Assembly (NCBI GenBank): GCA_973895155.1
Contig: OZ316893.1
Span: 4,012,490-4,076,489 of the forward strand
Length of the DNA: 64,000 bases
Direction of reading: 5' to 3'
From: Marsupella aquatica
Lineage: Eukaryota; Plantae; Marchantiophyta
Shown here: one piece after another, positions 45,781-58,111 of the stretch
How positions within the stretch are numbered: position 1 is the first letter of the stretch
Layout: the number at the start of each line of letters is the position of its first letter
Notes under the pieces: model-generated
Told to the model about the DNA's origin: nothing
Databases searched by the model: none
Seen by the model: only the letters and a program-made list of their open reading frames with translations
Translations under genes and position numbers: made by a program

Positions 45781-48131
45781 CCCCAATTAAAACCTGCCCT
45801 AAACGGGGTGCTAAGCTCCTTAACATGAAAATATGGCACAAAAAGGCGCACACCCGTTGCCTATATGCGTGACGGGCCAGGCACGGGTCGGGCAAGTATG
45901 CAAGGGCGGGCTAGTATGGGCAGCCGTGGTGGCTGCATATGCAGTCGAGGGCCGGGCCAGGGATGAAGCCGTCGCCACAAAGCAGCGGCCAACGAGGAAA
46001 AAGTAAAGGGTGATGTGGCGGGGCGTGATCAGCCAAGGGCTGGGAGGGCATATGAGCGCACGAAAAGCGCCGGCCGGCGCTGCACAGCTCATTGCCTTGG
46101 CGGGAGGCGGGCATACAAGGGGGTATTGTCGGGGATACAAAGCGCCGGAAGGGTGTGTACACACCCTTTGGTGTGTACACAAGTGGCCCTTAAAACCCCT
46201 TAAAACCAGAAAATGACCCCACAAATGAAAAAATGTCGCTACACACCTTGACGGCCGCTGTTTCAAATGAGTAAAGTAAACGCCACCGACGGGAAAAAAA
46301 TGTTCCCGGATTTTGCCTCCTTTGTCGTCTTGCCGTCAACAAATCCAGCAGCGTACAAATCTTCGCTGCAACTTGCTTGCTCCGCGTCAAGTGCCAATCC
46401 CAAGCTCAAAACGACTGCCTTGTCGTGATCTCTCCTTTAAGCCGTAGCACTTCACAAATCTTCCTCCAAGTCAAACGCAATGACAAGAAACCCGGTTCAG
46501 TCAAGGCTATTTCTCCATAGCCATAAACAAAACCAGAAACGACTCCGTCACTCGTACCGTCACACTCGATTTACCCTTTTACCACACCAGATATCAAAAC
46601 AACCAGCTTCGCCCAATCTATGATTTGAGCTATAGTATGTGACACCTTGCGCACCGCAAAGCTCACACCATCGAGTAAATGATCTCAGGTCCCTCCCACA
46701 AAAACTGTCGAAGAAAAAACCGTCGAACATGAATATTTTTACACAAAAAATCCAGAATGTCAGAAACTTGAATTCCTCCACACCATGAACTCCGCTCAGG
46801 GATTTCTTAGCACCATCGGAAAGCCCTTGGCCCGATCTATCCATTGAGCCCAACACCTCCAAGTTTGATGCGACGGAACTCCATGAAATCGGGTGTGAAA
46901 TCAACCAACACTAACCGCTGGAAAATCCGACCATCACAAAAATACCTATCGTCACAATAGGGTCACCTCCTAAGATTGCTCTGATACTAATTGTTGAACT
47001 ATGACGTCTTCCTTCATGACAATCCAATCATTACTCATTCCATACACACGTAGTCAACACAATCTCTACGTGGTTCACCTCTTCTCTAAGGCTACGTCCA
47101 CACGAACACTCAAGCTTTACTTCAAGAGTAGACGAACACACATGCTCTCTCTCTTCCTCAAGTTTCTTTGTTACAATGAGCAAGCACTACATACCAGCGG
47201 CTTACACTAGCCCTGGTATATACAAGGTCACACACGACTAACCTAACCTCAGCTAAGACCCTAACTGTGGTTAGCCTAAGTGCCCTAACCTATGAGTCAC
47301 AAGACTAAGAGCAATCCTTAACACACTGGACCTCTTTTGCTTTTACACCGTTGCACTTTGTTTGACATTTGTATCAAATTGGTCCCTTTCAGATCCACTT
47401 TCAGCAAGGTCAGCAAGGGTAGTCATGCACCAGGAAAACATAATGCTACTACAATGTTGGGAATAAATCTAGACTGAACAATCAACACATGTGAACAACA
47501 TCCATAGACTCCGACACTAAAGGTATGTGGCTCACCCCATCTGGGCTATGTCCACGAGCGGCCGTGCAAGAGATCTAGTAATACACAAAGATTACACTTG
47601 CTCCATAGCCAACGTGTTGGAGCTCCTCCTCTCACCTCCTCATTCTCTTTCCTAGAGAATGAACCTTCAAGTGTGAGCGCAAGTTTGTGTTCCCCTTGGG
47701 TATACCCCCTCCCATGGTCTATGAGAACCTGGAATTCAAACTAGTGTTATCCTAGTCTACTGAAGTCTAGCTAGTACTAGATATGGAAGTAAATAGGTTA
47801 TACTAATAACATAACCTAAAATACGAGAGATAGTGCACCAAAAGATTCTCCATGAAAATTTGTTGGCACCATCCAAGAATAGTTAGTGGCCATTAAAAAT
47901 TGTTGACGTTGAGTTAACCAGTGGGCACTTGTTATGACATGTCTCAAAGAAAAACTCCCCTGGATTAACTTAGTTTGCTAAAAAGTGTGTTGGGTTTTGA
48001 CCAGGGTCACGGACTTGTATTCCAGAGTGGCTGACTGACAAAAGACAGGAAAGAGTGGTTTGAGATACCATATTGGGTTTCCTGCCTTTGGGATTGTGTC
48101 TTCTTAGTCGAGGTTTAGTTCTTTTGCCTGT

Positions 48132-48350
48132 CCATTATTGGGGCTCTAGGGTCTTCTGGCTCGTTGGTCGTTGTGGATTTTTCGTTTGCCATTATTGGGA
48201 TTCTCAGGCTTTTTGGGTCTTAGGTCTTCCTGGGATTTTCTTTCAAGATTATTGGGGCTCTCAGGCATTTTGGCTCTTTGATCTTCCTGGGTTTTAAGTT
48301 TGCCATTATTGGGGTTCTTGGGCTTTTTGTCTCTTACTAGGTCTTCCTGG
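48132..48350. repeat. Degenerate ~57-bp tandem repeat, 4 copies
   Basis: Units begin (CC)ATTATTGGG and most contain TCTTCCTGG; probably part of an old retroelement remnant. Confidence 0.7.
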
Positions 48351-49208
48351 TTTTCCCCTTGTTTTGTCCCTTTTTAATGGGTAGCTGGGATGTGTCTCCA
48401 GCTTAGGCTCCTTTTGTTCCTTGGTGATGTGATACAGATGGATTGCCAAGGATTATGAGATCAAGGGTAAAATGGCTTTAGTTCTTTTGCTAGTGTTGGG
48501 GCTCTTTGGCTTTTTGAAACTTTGATTCCTGGTTTGCTCCCCTTTCTTGGGTTGCTAAGATCCTTCTCCAGGTCAGGCTCATTTGGTTCCTTGGCAGTGT
48601 AATAGGGTGTCTCAAACCTGCACATTCCCAAAGATTTTAGGGCAGCTGAAGGAGAATACCTGTCCACCGTCATGACCAAAACTTGGATTTTGGTCAAATT
48701 TATCCTACCAAGGTTTCAATTTGAGACGGGTCACACCATGCATCCAAGGAAGAGCACATATCATCAATCTCTTATGGGTGGCAGCTATGCTATAGCTGAA
48801 GGGCACTGGTGGGTTTCAAATTGTTGGTCAAATTGTTCTTATCTTGGAATTAGGGTTTATTCCTAATCAATGTTGGTAACACTAATTTGAGGGTGGGGTA
48901 CGTTTGAACAGGAAATAACACTATTTGTGGTAGGCTTTCTGGCTAAGGCTATTTCAGGTTGGAATTCCACTAACGAGAGCAAATCACATTCATGGTTATT
49001 TTGTGCTGCCAATTTTGGGCATGTAATGTAATCCTGCTAGGCTCCGTTCCCTAGCTATAACTTTGCTTTTTAAAGTGATCCAGGGTACACAAAGCAGACT
49101 TTGTTCCCTAGCTGCCAGAGGTGAGTGCAATTATGTCTTTGTACTTGTGCATTGACACAAGCATTCAGCTTTGAAATGTGGGTCCCACAATTATTTCAGT
49201 TGATTTTT

Positions 49209-49540
49209 TTTTGTCTTGAAACGGAAATGGGGAGGAAATACAATTACAATTAGACTCCCCCCATCCCAATGTGACAGTTTTTCTGTAGGGAACCCAGACC
49301 AGGGTGAGCCCCAACGGATCCGACATGGACCCGCACCAGGAAGGAGAGAGGATTAAATCAGGGCCACAAAGTAGACGACCAGGGGACAAGTAGATAATCA
49401 GAACTCCAATCCACTACCCACAAAACCCATCCCACCCACACACATATATCCTCCACACCCCGGTGTGTGGAGGGGGGATTGAACCCGGGACCTCTCAGTT
49501 CTAGGCAAATCCCCTAGCCAATTGACCTAAGCCAATTGGT
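49209..49540 (-). mobile_element. tRNA-derived SINE
   Basis: Minus-strand head with A-box-like TTAGGTCAATTGG and B-box GGTTCAATCCC; poly(A) tail (T-run at 49204-49212); TSD TTTCA(G/A)TTGATTTTT at 49194-49208 and 49541-49555. Confidence 0.8.
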
Positions 49541-49647
49541 TTTCAATTGATTTTTGGGGGTCTAAGTAACTCTCCAAATACTCAAATATAGTGTTATGCA
49601 CAAAATGAATTAACATTACAGTAATATTATTTAGTGTGCATTTATTA

Positions 49648-49948
49648 GGGGGACTCAAATATTGGGCAGGGAGAATTTTGCAACCACCCGAGTTAGGTTC
49701 GGGTGGACACGGCTTGAAAATGTGCGGGAGACCCTTAGGCTAGCCCACACACTCTGACCGCGGCATTTTGGAAACACCCGGGGACAGACTCCCGTAGCCA
49801 CTTTCTCCCCCTGGGAGTCTCACATTACAGACGTAAAAAAATTGCAGTTACAAAGATTCCTTCCCCCGTTATACTTGCCCGCATGGCACCTCACTGGCAA
49901 AAGTGAATTCCCGGGAATACACATGACAGCCCCATATTTGAGACCCCC
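49648..49948. mobile_element. Tourist-like MITE
   Basis: TIR GGGGG(A/T)CTCAAATAT(T/G)GGGC at both ends; TTA on the left flank only. Confidence 0.6.
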
Positions 49949-52501
49949 AATTAGAGTTAGTATATAATTAACATTGCAAGCATTATGAAATCAGGGGCAA
50001 AATAGGTCACCCTCGTCAATATTGCGTTTTAAAAGCTTTACAGCTTATGCTTATCTTGAGGCGCAGAGGACAAGATTAGGAGAGGATACGTCTGACAGTG
50101 AGTTACAGTACACCTCGAATCGCCACCTTCTGCTGGGGAAGGATGGAAATGAAGAATGGATGCGAACGGCACCTATCCCTTGTTGTTCCGCCTGCTACAG
50201 ACTACTTGTCACCCAATCGGTAGAGACTGGCAGTGCTATGTAATTATTGTGAACTTTTTCTGCGAGTTGGGACCGACTCTGACAGGAATCTGTGTAGTGT
50301 TGGGCACAAAGAGTTGTGCCGCATAATGGGGCAAATTCCATGGTGGAATCAATCCTGCTCACCGCCCACCGCCCACCAGCAGCCTACTCCAAAGCCTAGT
50401 GTACTAGCATGTGCAGGAGGAGGTACGGTTGCTTCAGAAGAGCGTTTTGGTGGGTGCCCACAACCGAGATTTTGAAATCACACTTTTGCTACAGCCGACT
50501 CCACTAGTCTGTGCGTGTCCATCGTTTTTTATTGCGATTCGGGGCCCGCGTCTTCTGGAAAGTCGTTCCCGTCATTGAAACCCATCGTTATCCCTCTCGT
50601 TCATCGCCGAATCCAGCTTCCCTGTTCTCACTAACGATAGAAAAGGATGCGTAACGTGCAGAGGTGGCGTGAGTCGTGACTTCCCACCTCCTTTCACTAC
50701 AGTACTGTGTACAGGAAAGAGGAGCTCAGCGCAGTCTTTTGCTGCTGGTAATTCATCATCTGAGATAGCATTTCATCGAACATACCTTCGAAGTGACTGC
50801 TGAGAAACGCACGGAGCGAGCAGCAGAATCGTTATTCATGAAAAGGCAGCGATCCGAAGACAGTGGACACAGTTCACGACAATTCGTCAGAAGACAAAGT
50901 TTCAGCCTTTAGGAGTCAACTTCCTGTGCCAAGTCGACAAGCTGAACCCTTTCGCTTGATATTACTTATTAGCCATCACTTGCACAGGAAAAACGGAAAC
51001 AGGTATTCAAACTGTTCACCTTGCATCCCGGGCCTTGCATGCCCTAAGCAGCAGGAGGCCGTCACCATTTCCGAAGGCCCGAGGCAGTCAGTCAACTGAC
51101 TAACTAATTGTACTCGCCGTTGGGTAGACGCAAGTTCACGGCTCCACTGTACCGTGCTACACCGTCGCAGAAGAAGCTATTACTATTTGAATAGGGTCAA
51201 GGTTCTCTCGGCTCTTGCGGATCGTGCCAGAAGCTAGGATAGATCCGATGAACATTCGAGTGAATCCCGTCACTTGAGAACAGATAAAAATATCCATAGT
51301 CCGCCAGGACAGATGGAAACGCGAGGCACGATTGAAATGCATACCTGGCAGAGAGATCACGACGGGGCAACAGATACAGTAATTTATAGCAAGACAACAC
51401 AACTGGCGCAACAACTTGTGAACTGTTGGAAAATACAGTAGTAATACTTTTGAACCAGACAGGAACAAGAAGAAATAAGAAGAAATAAGAAGAAATAAGG
51501 TTCGAATTCATCATTGATGCGCAGAAACATCGATGATGACTAGACGGCTCCATCGATTTGTTCGTTGCAAACAACACTTCCAGAGGACTGTCTTGAACTT
51601 CACGACAAGCGGCCAAACAGCTTCTGTACGCTAAGCGAAGCGACATCCTTCGAATTCAAAGGTTTGACATACTTCCCTCGGAGGTGCTCAAGGCACAAAG
51701 CCACACTCCGTATATTCGTGTGAAACTTGCATTGCAAGAATGATGCCGAAATAGACCCACCGCATCTGTGAATTAAATTAAAAATGATGGAGTGAGGTAA
51801 GTCACAGCCTCTACAGGCTCTATATTTCTCACTGAGGGTGTTTCATAAACAAAAATATTCTGCCAGGAAGCCGGAACTGGGCTGTACAGAACTACAGTTT
51901 CCAAACCGCTTAAACGCACGTGCCTGCAATTTGGACGGATGGAAACCACTGGCGGATGCTTCAAGCAATTTTTGAAAGACGAAGATCAAACTAGTGTGAA
52001 CGACCAAATTTCGGAAAGACGAAGATCAATATTGGACAGAAGCATGGAACGGTAGAAGAGAGTGCGCACCCACATCACGGCACTTCCAATTCCAACAAAC
52101 AGAACCGGGGATTGTTCGGACATTCAGAACAGAGGCACAAGAGAGTTGACGCATCGATTCTCTTTACTGGAAGCGAACGACATAACACTAGGAATTGCAA
52201 CGCTAAATATAATGTAGCAATTCCCTACGTGAAGTTGTAATGCTCATCTTTGGAGCTCCATCAACCTAATTATCTATGAAACGAGAAAGTATGTACATAA
52301 CCCAATAGAATACAAAGATAGATCAGCCCTATCTCTCCCGTGTGCCTGCTACATTTCTCCGTGAAACTCAATTCAGCAGTTCAACGCCGACCTGCCGCAG
52401 CAGCTGCCAAAACCAGTACAATAACGCTTCTCTCCAATCCAAAACTGTTGTCCAGGGGTTCAAACAGCACGAAAGTGAGTGCTAAACCACAACTTTTTCC
52501 A

Positions 52502-53686
52502 CTACACCTCCACCGCACAGGCCGCCCGGCCAATTCCACAAAACTCATCGTCGCGTTGTACGAGCTCCCATTTCCCCATCCCCTCTGACTCCAAAGGCCG
52601 TTTATGGACGAGAGAATTTTGAGGGTCTCCTGAACTGGGTAACGTCACGAGCATGAGGTTGTCACAAATCGCAGTGGCACAGGTCGCAACCCTGTCCTCT
52701 TGAGGAAGAGAGTCGATAACCGTCCACACATTCGTTTTGCTGCAGTACCGCACCAGATTGTCCCTTTGGATGGCATAGAGCTGCCCTCCATTTTGAGGTG
52801 TCATGACGAAAGGTCCCGGACTGACTTCCTCCTTCCACATGTTCTCGACCCTGGTCCAGCTCCCCATCCCGGGGTCGAAGATTTCCGCACTGGCCACGAA
52901 GTGTCCTTGAGAAGTGGTCGAGTATCCGCTGATGATGGCCAGCTTGGTGCCATTCTCCACAACCACGCCTCCGCACTCGTCCCGCTCCTCGCTCATGTCC
53001 GGCAGCGCTTCCCACCGATCCTCAGCGGGCAAATACACATCCGCGGACGACAGCCCATTCTTGTTATCGTCATGCCCGCCCGCGACGTAAACCTTTCCGT
53101 CAATCACCCCGCATGCAAAGAAGGAGCGGCCCCGGGGCATGTCCGCGCAGCGCCTCCATGTCTGCGACGAGAAATTGAACATGTACACATTCCGCAGCGC
53201 CTCGTAAGACGCCGGATGCCAACCTCCCATCAGCACGAGCTTGTCGTTCAACCCCACGATACGGCAGAAGACGGGCAGGCCGAGAGGGAAATCGGGGATT
53301 GGAGGCAGCCTCGACCAGGTCTGGCTTGGCGCATCGTACATGCTCACGCCGAAAGCGGGCGCCGTCTGGTGTATATGTTTTCCCCCCGGGGCAACGAGAT
53401 TGCTCTCCGGCAGTGCCTGCACTATGCACACGCAATTCCGCGTCGTGCCGACTCTCTTACGCTCCTCGTAGAAACTCTGCGTCGTGACGAGCTGCCCCCA
53501 CCGCTTGCAGACGCCCTGCAGCTGAGGAAAGGCCGTGTGCGAGATCCGCAGGAAACACTCCATAGCAATTTCCTCCGGCAGCCCTGGTAGCAAATCCTGC
53601 GGGTCGACCCGATCGCTCAAATCGATCTCGACGTAATCCATGAAATCCTCATCGCACTCGAGATCCCATATCATATTCATCGCCAT
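52502..53686 (-). CDS. F-box/kelch-repeat protein of the KFB/KISS ME DEADLY (At1g15670/At1g80440/SKIP20-like) family, intronless, 394 aa
   Basis: F-box LLPGLPEEIAMECFLRI...VCKRW; kelch motifs LPVFCRIV...LVLMGGW, ADMPRGRSFFAC, VYVAGGHDDNKN, MSEERDEC; GC-rich intact ORF. Confidence 0.95.
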   Translation of the reverse strand: MAMNMIWDLECDEDFMDYVEIDLSDRVDPQDLLPGLPEEIAMECFLRISHTAFPQLQGVCKRWGQLVTTQSFYEERKRVGTTRNCVCIVQALPESNLVAPGGKHIHQTAPAFGVSMYDAPSQTWSRLPPIPDFPLGLPVFCRIVGLNDKLVLMGGWHPASYEALRNVYMFNFSSQTWRRCADMPRGRSFFACGVIDGKVYVAGGHDDNKNGLSSADVYLPAEDRWEALPDMSEERDECGGVVVENGTKLAIISGYSTTSQGHFVASAEIFDPGMGSWTRVENMWKEEVSPGPFVMTPQNGGQLYAIQRDNLVRYCSKTNVWTVIDSLPQEDRVATCATAICDNLMLVTLPSSGDPQNSLVHKRPLESEGMGKWELVQRDDEFCGIGRAACAVEV

Positions 53687-53899
53687 CTTGGCAGCCGCTT
53701 TTTAGGAACCCTCGGCGGTGCAACAACTCCTGCCTCGGACACTTACACACGAAAACCTCTGAAAAATTCGGTTACACTCGTCCTCGTACCGCTCCCTACC
53801 TCCTAAAGCGCAAACCCTCACACCCAATCTTGACGAGCGAAAAAAATGGCTCCTGCCTTTTTCTTCAGAGGACGAGACGAAAGAAGGTAAGGTGTGCCG

Positions 53900-53911
53900 G
53901 GTATATATGTC
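53900..53911 (-). promoter_or_regulatory. TATA box of the F-box/kelch gene
   Basis: CATATATACCC on the minus strand ~215 bp upstream of the ATG, followed by a pyrimidine-rich leader. Confidence 0.55.
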
Positions 53912-56900
53912 TCTTCTCTCCGAAAGGTCGCCCTCCTCTCGGACCACCCGAGGCAGACGGTGAATTACGCCACCCCTAGCCCACGTTGAACAACTGTCCT
54001 AGGTAGCTCGTCGCAGAAATCGATGAGGGAGCACACGCAATCGAATTGCGCAGAGCAAAACGTCCCGTACCGGCACGACAAAGTGAAAGGTTTAAGTATT
54101 CGCCGCAGCAGCAGACACTTGTTTTAATGGGAGGAGATTAGGAGACTGACCACAACTCTAACAATTGGGAAAACACCACACACCTCAGAATTGCACCACA
54201 GTACTCTTTCCTCGTCAGCTTCTTCTTCAATTCGTCCCCTTGCTTAGCTATCAATCTGCTTATGCCTTCGCCAGGACGTCTGTGACTGACGGATCGATTG
54301 CTCTCGTTGAAACGCAGGCACGAGATAAGAGCAGAGGAAAGAGTCAGAGAGAGAGGGCGAGAGAGAAAGAACGCAAGAAGCCCTCCTCAGCTCTTTCGCA
54401 TCGGCGCAGTGTGATTCATGTTTCTAGAACGAGGGAACAAGAAAGAACAAGTACCCCCTCACTTTATCCAACCCGGGCAAAGGGGAAGCAGCAGTGGAGG
54501 AGTAGGAGGTGGGCAAACAAGAATGGATTGATCGAGAAGAAGAAGGAAGGAAGAAGGGGGAGGGACCGGATAGGGCGGGCAGTGGATGAAGAGAGATTGG
54601 TGTCCGGTGATCAAACTAAATGATGCCAAGTGCGGGCAAGTCGGAAGGATTTTATTCCATCTGGACGAGGGTGGCAGATGGGAATGTGGGATTGCTGAGA
54701 CGCGGCTCTTTTATCCACTGCGATTCTCCGTCCGTCACGGATCGAAGCTATTGCGATGCGATGTGGCGGTGGGCGAATTCGAGATACATCCTCCTGAAGA
54801 TAGGTCTTTGTTTTTGGAGGGGAAGATAAACTTGAGAGGCGGTGGGAGCATTCGAGATTCAAGGTCGCGGAGATTTGAGACTTTCTTTTTTTTGGTTTGT
54901 CGTCTTTCCTCCACCCAAAAGTACAGTGACTTAGTATTCTGCCCCAAAACTATTTTAATTATAAAGTTACCTCCCATTTCGAATGTGGGTTGCTTACGCT
55001 GACTTGATGACGATCTGAGCCATGTGGAAGCTTCTAATTTGTCCGAGCTAACCTCTTGCTTGTGTACAAATTGGGGAAAAGGAGGGGGATCAGAATGTAA
55101 ATTTTTTGCTTGTAAACAATACTAGTCACCTGCGTTCATTGAGTTTTGGATGGGGCAATGTGGTCCAGGGCGAAGGTATGGTTGGAGGGGGTTAGCAGTG
55201 GTGAATAAGCAACTTGACATATCCTAACTACTAAGTTCAGGGTAGGGACAGAAAAGGTTATGGAGTACAAAATTCATGATCCATAACCCCCCCCCCTATG
55301 GAAGAAATTCAACTTGTTGTGATGACAGTGTGGGGGGGGCTTGCGGTCCAAAAGAGAAGTACTGAAGAAGGTGTCACCTCTAAAATTCTGCATGTGAGCC
55401 ACACTGGTCTCCATGGCTATCCATGGAACAGCTGATGGGAACTAGGGCTGTTATATGTCATGGTTGCTGTGGCCCATCTGTGCGACCAGAATGAAGGCAA
55501 GACCAGGGTTTAAACCGCCATCCCCCTGTATGTATTACAGAGCATTATCTTCAGCATCTCCACTGTCCATTTTTTGAAGATCTAAAATTAAAAGGTTGTA
55601 ATTTGCAGATTAGCCCTCAGTCATTTGCAGAAACCGCCACAGCCCATACTTGGTGACACATGTTTGATTAATTCTAGGGGCCGACTCATGCTCTACTATT
55701 TGTAACATTGGTTCAAATATCAACTTGGGGATGAGAATATTTTCTGATTCGGTCTAAAGATTAAGGGATGACCTGGAGATATTGTGAATGTGTTTGTGCG
55801 ACTGGCATGGGATAAAGCTATGTCTAGTAAGCAGGAGTGCTGTAATACTACATAAAGCACTAGTCATGAATTTGGCCTGACTAAACGCTCCCAAGAATTC
55901 AAGGTTTCCTGCTATCACTCAACCTCCCAAATAAAGTTTTTCAGAATAGTATGGGAAATTTTATAGGCTCCAAGAAAAAATAGGGGGTACTAGGGGGGGG
56001 GGGGGGGGGGGGTGGCTTTCTAGTTTACAAAGACTGGGGTCAGGGACTCAACCCAGGGATCCAACAAATTCTGAAGAATCTGTCCAAATTTATGATGCAC
56101 ATCCCATGTCAATTCTATTTATCCCATAATCCTGGATCTTTCTAGCTCCTGAAATGTATCAGCACCAAAGCGGCCAGAACTCATTGTTGTGCTCTATGTT
56201 GCATTTTGGGCCTTGGTTTTTTTCAATAACTAAGGTATCATTGTGCATAAGTACAATCGAGCTGTTGATCTGCAAGGTTGCTTTTCATGAAGCACCACAA
56301 GGGTTGATCAAGGTAGCAAGGATTGCACAGGAAACAACAGGGAACCTCGTCCGCCACCAAGACTCCCACATATTATGTGTCTTGTTTTAATATCACATCC
56401 TCTTGATAAGTATGCTCAAACGTCCTAAGAACATGTGTGGAGCAAATCACACGCTTGCAAGGGGCAACTTGCAGGAATGATCACTTGCCCACCACACATT
56501 CATCATAGTCCACATCTCAAAATGAATGAAGAACAGTGTACGTAGAGAGCCATTGTATGAATGTTGCAAAGAGCAAACAAAATTTTTGTGACCTTGCATC
56601 CAAGGATGCTCTCTCCAAATGTTGACATATGAAGGTCATACGGTGGAAATCTAATTAAACATTATAATATGCAATATCACTCTTTCTTTCTCAAGGTGTG
56701 TAGATGTCATTCTAGCCGGAAGCCTCCTTAGGCTTTGGATTCTGGTGACAGTTTTCCCTAACCATGAGATGAACCTACCGTGGCACTATGCAACTTTTTC
56801 ATGCCCAACCCGTCACTTGCCTTGACTTGCACAATGTTTGAAATATTGTGCCAAGCTGAATCCTTGAAGAGTTCATTTGCCTGGTTCTCTCTCTTATGCT

Positions 56901-57039
56901 CACGTCATTTACTATCAACAATATTGTACATGCATGGACATTGGGCTACTGCTCAGTAATCATTGAATAGAGATGCTTCACAATAAAGAATGGGTAAGAG
57001 ATGTTTTATAATTACTATTTTTTTTAGTAAAGGGTGGGC

Positions 57040-58030
57040 TCCAGACCACTGAATTCTGTTTTTCACTGGGGTTTTTCATGGTGCCCCACTCAAATCACAA
57101 AGAGAAAAATCAAGAATGGCTATGAGTGTTTGGGTAATATTTTGTATACAAGTAACATTATGTTTACAGGGTATTGTGGGATCTACTGTAGTGCCCCCAA
57201 AGTGAAAGCTTCTACTCAAAGTTTCGAGGGGCTAATATTGAGCATTTTAATGTTCTGGTGACAAGATCTGTATACACTTACAGGTGAGGGTCAAGGGCAA
57301 GAAGATCAAGGGCTACGAAAGGAGGCAGGAAGGACTAGCTTAAAAAGGATATCCTGAAGATTTAGCTGAGCAAACTCAAAAAGAAAACTTCGACACTTAC
57401 AGAGATTGGGGACATTTTCAAAAATGTTGTGCACACCTTCCAAAAAGGTTGGGCACATTTATAGACTTCAGAACACTTGTAGACTTCCAAAATATTTGGG
57501 CACAAGTCCAAAGACTTGGCATGCAAGATCTAACCCACAGATCACATTTGGTCATTTAGAATCTTCTAAGAATCTGAAATAAATAATGGATACTTTATAT
57601 GGACAAAGTTATCATCTAGAATATTATAGGAATCTGTAAAAAAGAGAAGATCCGTTTGGTATCCCTCAAAGTTGCATTTGACCTGCAAGATTTTCTTTTC
57701 ACTCATTTTAGTACATATAAAGAAAAATCTTCATAATCAGTGGATCAAAATCCTGAGTGCACCTTTCTCTAATAAGAGCATCTCCAAGCCAACCTGTTTG
57801 GCTCACTAGGTAAATTGAGTACCCACTTTGATAATGTCATATGTTTAGTTCGCTGTGTATATCTATCATGGCCAACTGAAAAGCAGCCCAGGATTGACAG
57901 GATGATTTTCCTATGAGCATCTGATGACCCTAGATGTGGAAACCCCAGTAAACCGATAGCTACTTATACTCACTTCCATAGACAAGTCCAATAACGCAAA
58001 ATCCTGCAAAATAGAATTCAGTGGTCTGGA
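57040..58030. mobile_element. ~1-kb non-autonomous TIR element
   Basis: TCCAGACCACTGAATTCT(G/A)TTTT at 57040 and, as reverse complement, ending at 58030; no coding capacity; TSD not clear. Confidence 0.55.
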
Positions 58031-58111
58031 CCTGACTTATTGCATTTTTTTTTATTGGGTTTGGTTAACATCTGCTTACAATAACAAAATCCTTTAGGAT
58101 TGGAGATGCTC
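57776..58111. mobile_element. Tourist-type MITE
   Basis: Classic GAGCATCTCCAA TIR at both ends; TAA on the left flank, TGT on the right. Confidence 0.55.

Larger units (their letters stand above)
42395..47323 (-). mobile_element. Non-autonomous Ty1/Copia LTR retrotransposon (gag retained, pol almost entirely missing)
   Basis: LTRs 42395-42719 and 46992-47323 (clearly homologous, diverged); Met-tRNA-type PBS (reverse complement of TAGTATCAGAGC) at 46978-46989; PPT (reverse complement AAGGGGGAGT) at 42721-42730; flanks CATTAG/CACTGG only partially match. Confidence 0.95.

Noticed and set aside
46190-46390. ORF beginning MTRSKQVAAK as another H3 mimic
   Set aside because: Starts at a non-ATG codon, is short and lies in a retroelement leader; likely chance.
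48132-48350. CRISPR-like repeat-spacer pattern
   Set aside because: Eukaryotic context, whole units are homologous (no unique spacers), no cas genes.
47324-48900. Old Gypsy gag/protease remnant hosting the Copia (with 42130-42394)
   Set aside because: Only faint similarity; no convincing catalytic motif.
52700-53590. 296-aa plus-strand ORF
   Set aside because: Antisense shadow of the GC-rich F-box/kelch CDS.
53702-53947. 81-aa upstream ORF of the F-box/kelch gene
   Set aside because: Starts at GTG upstream of the TATA box, so it is not within the predicted transcript.
56100-56960. Possible decayed transposase
   Set aside because: No assignable motif in any frame I read.
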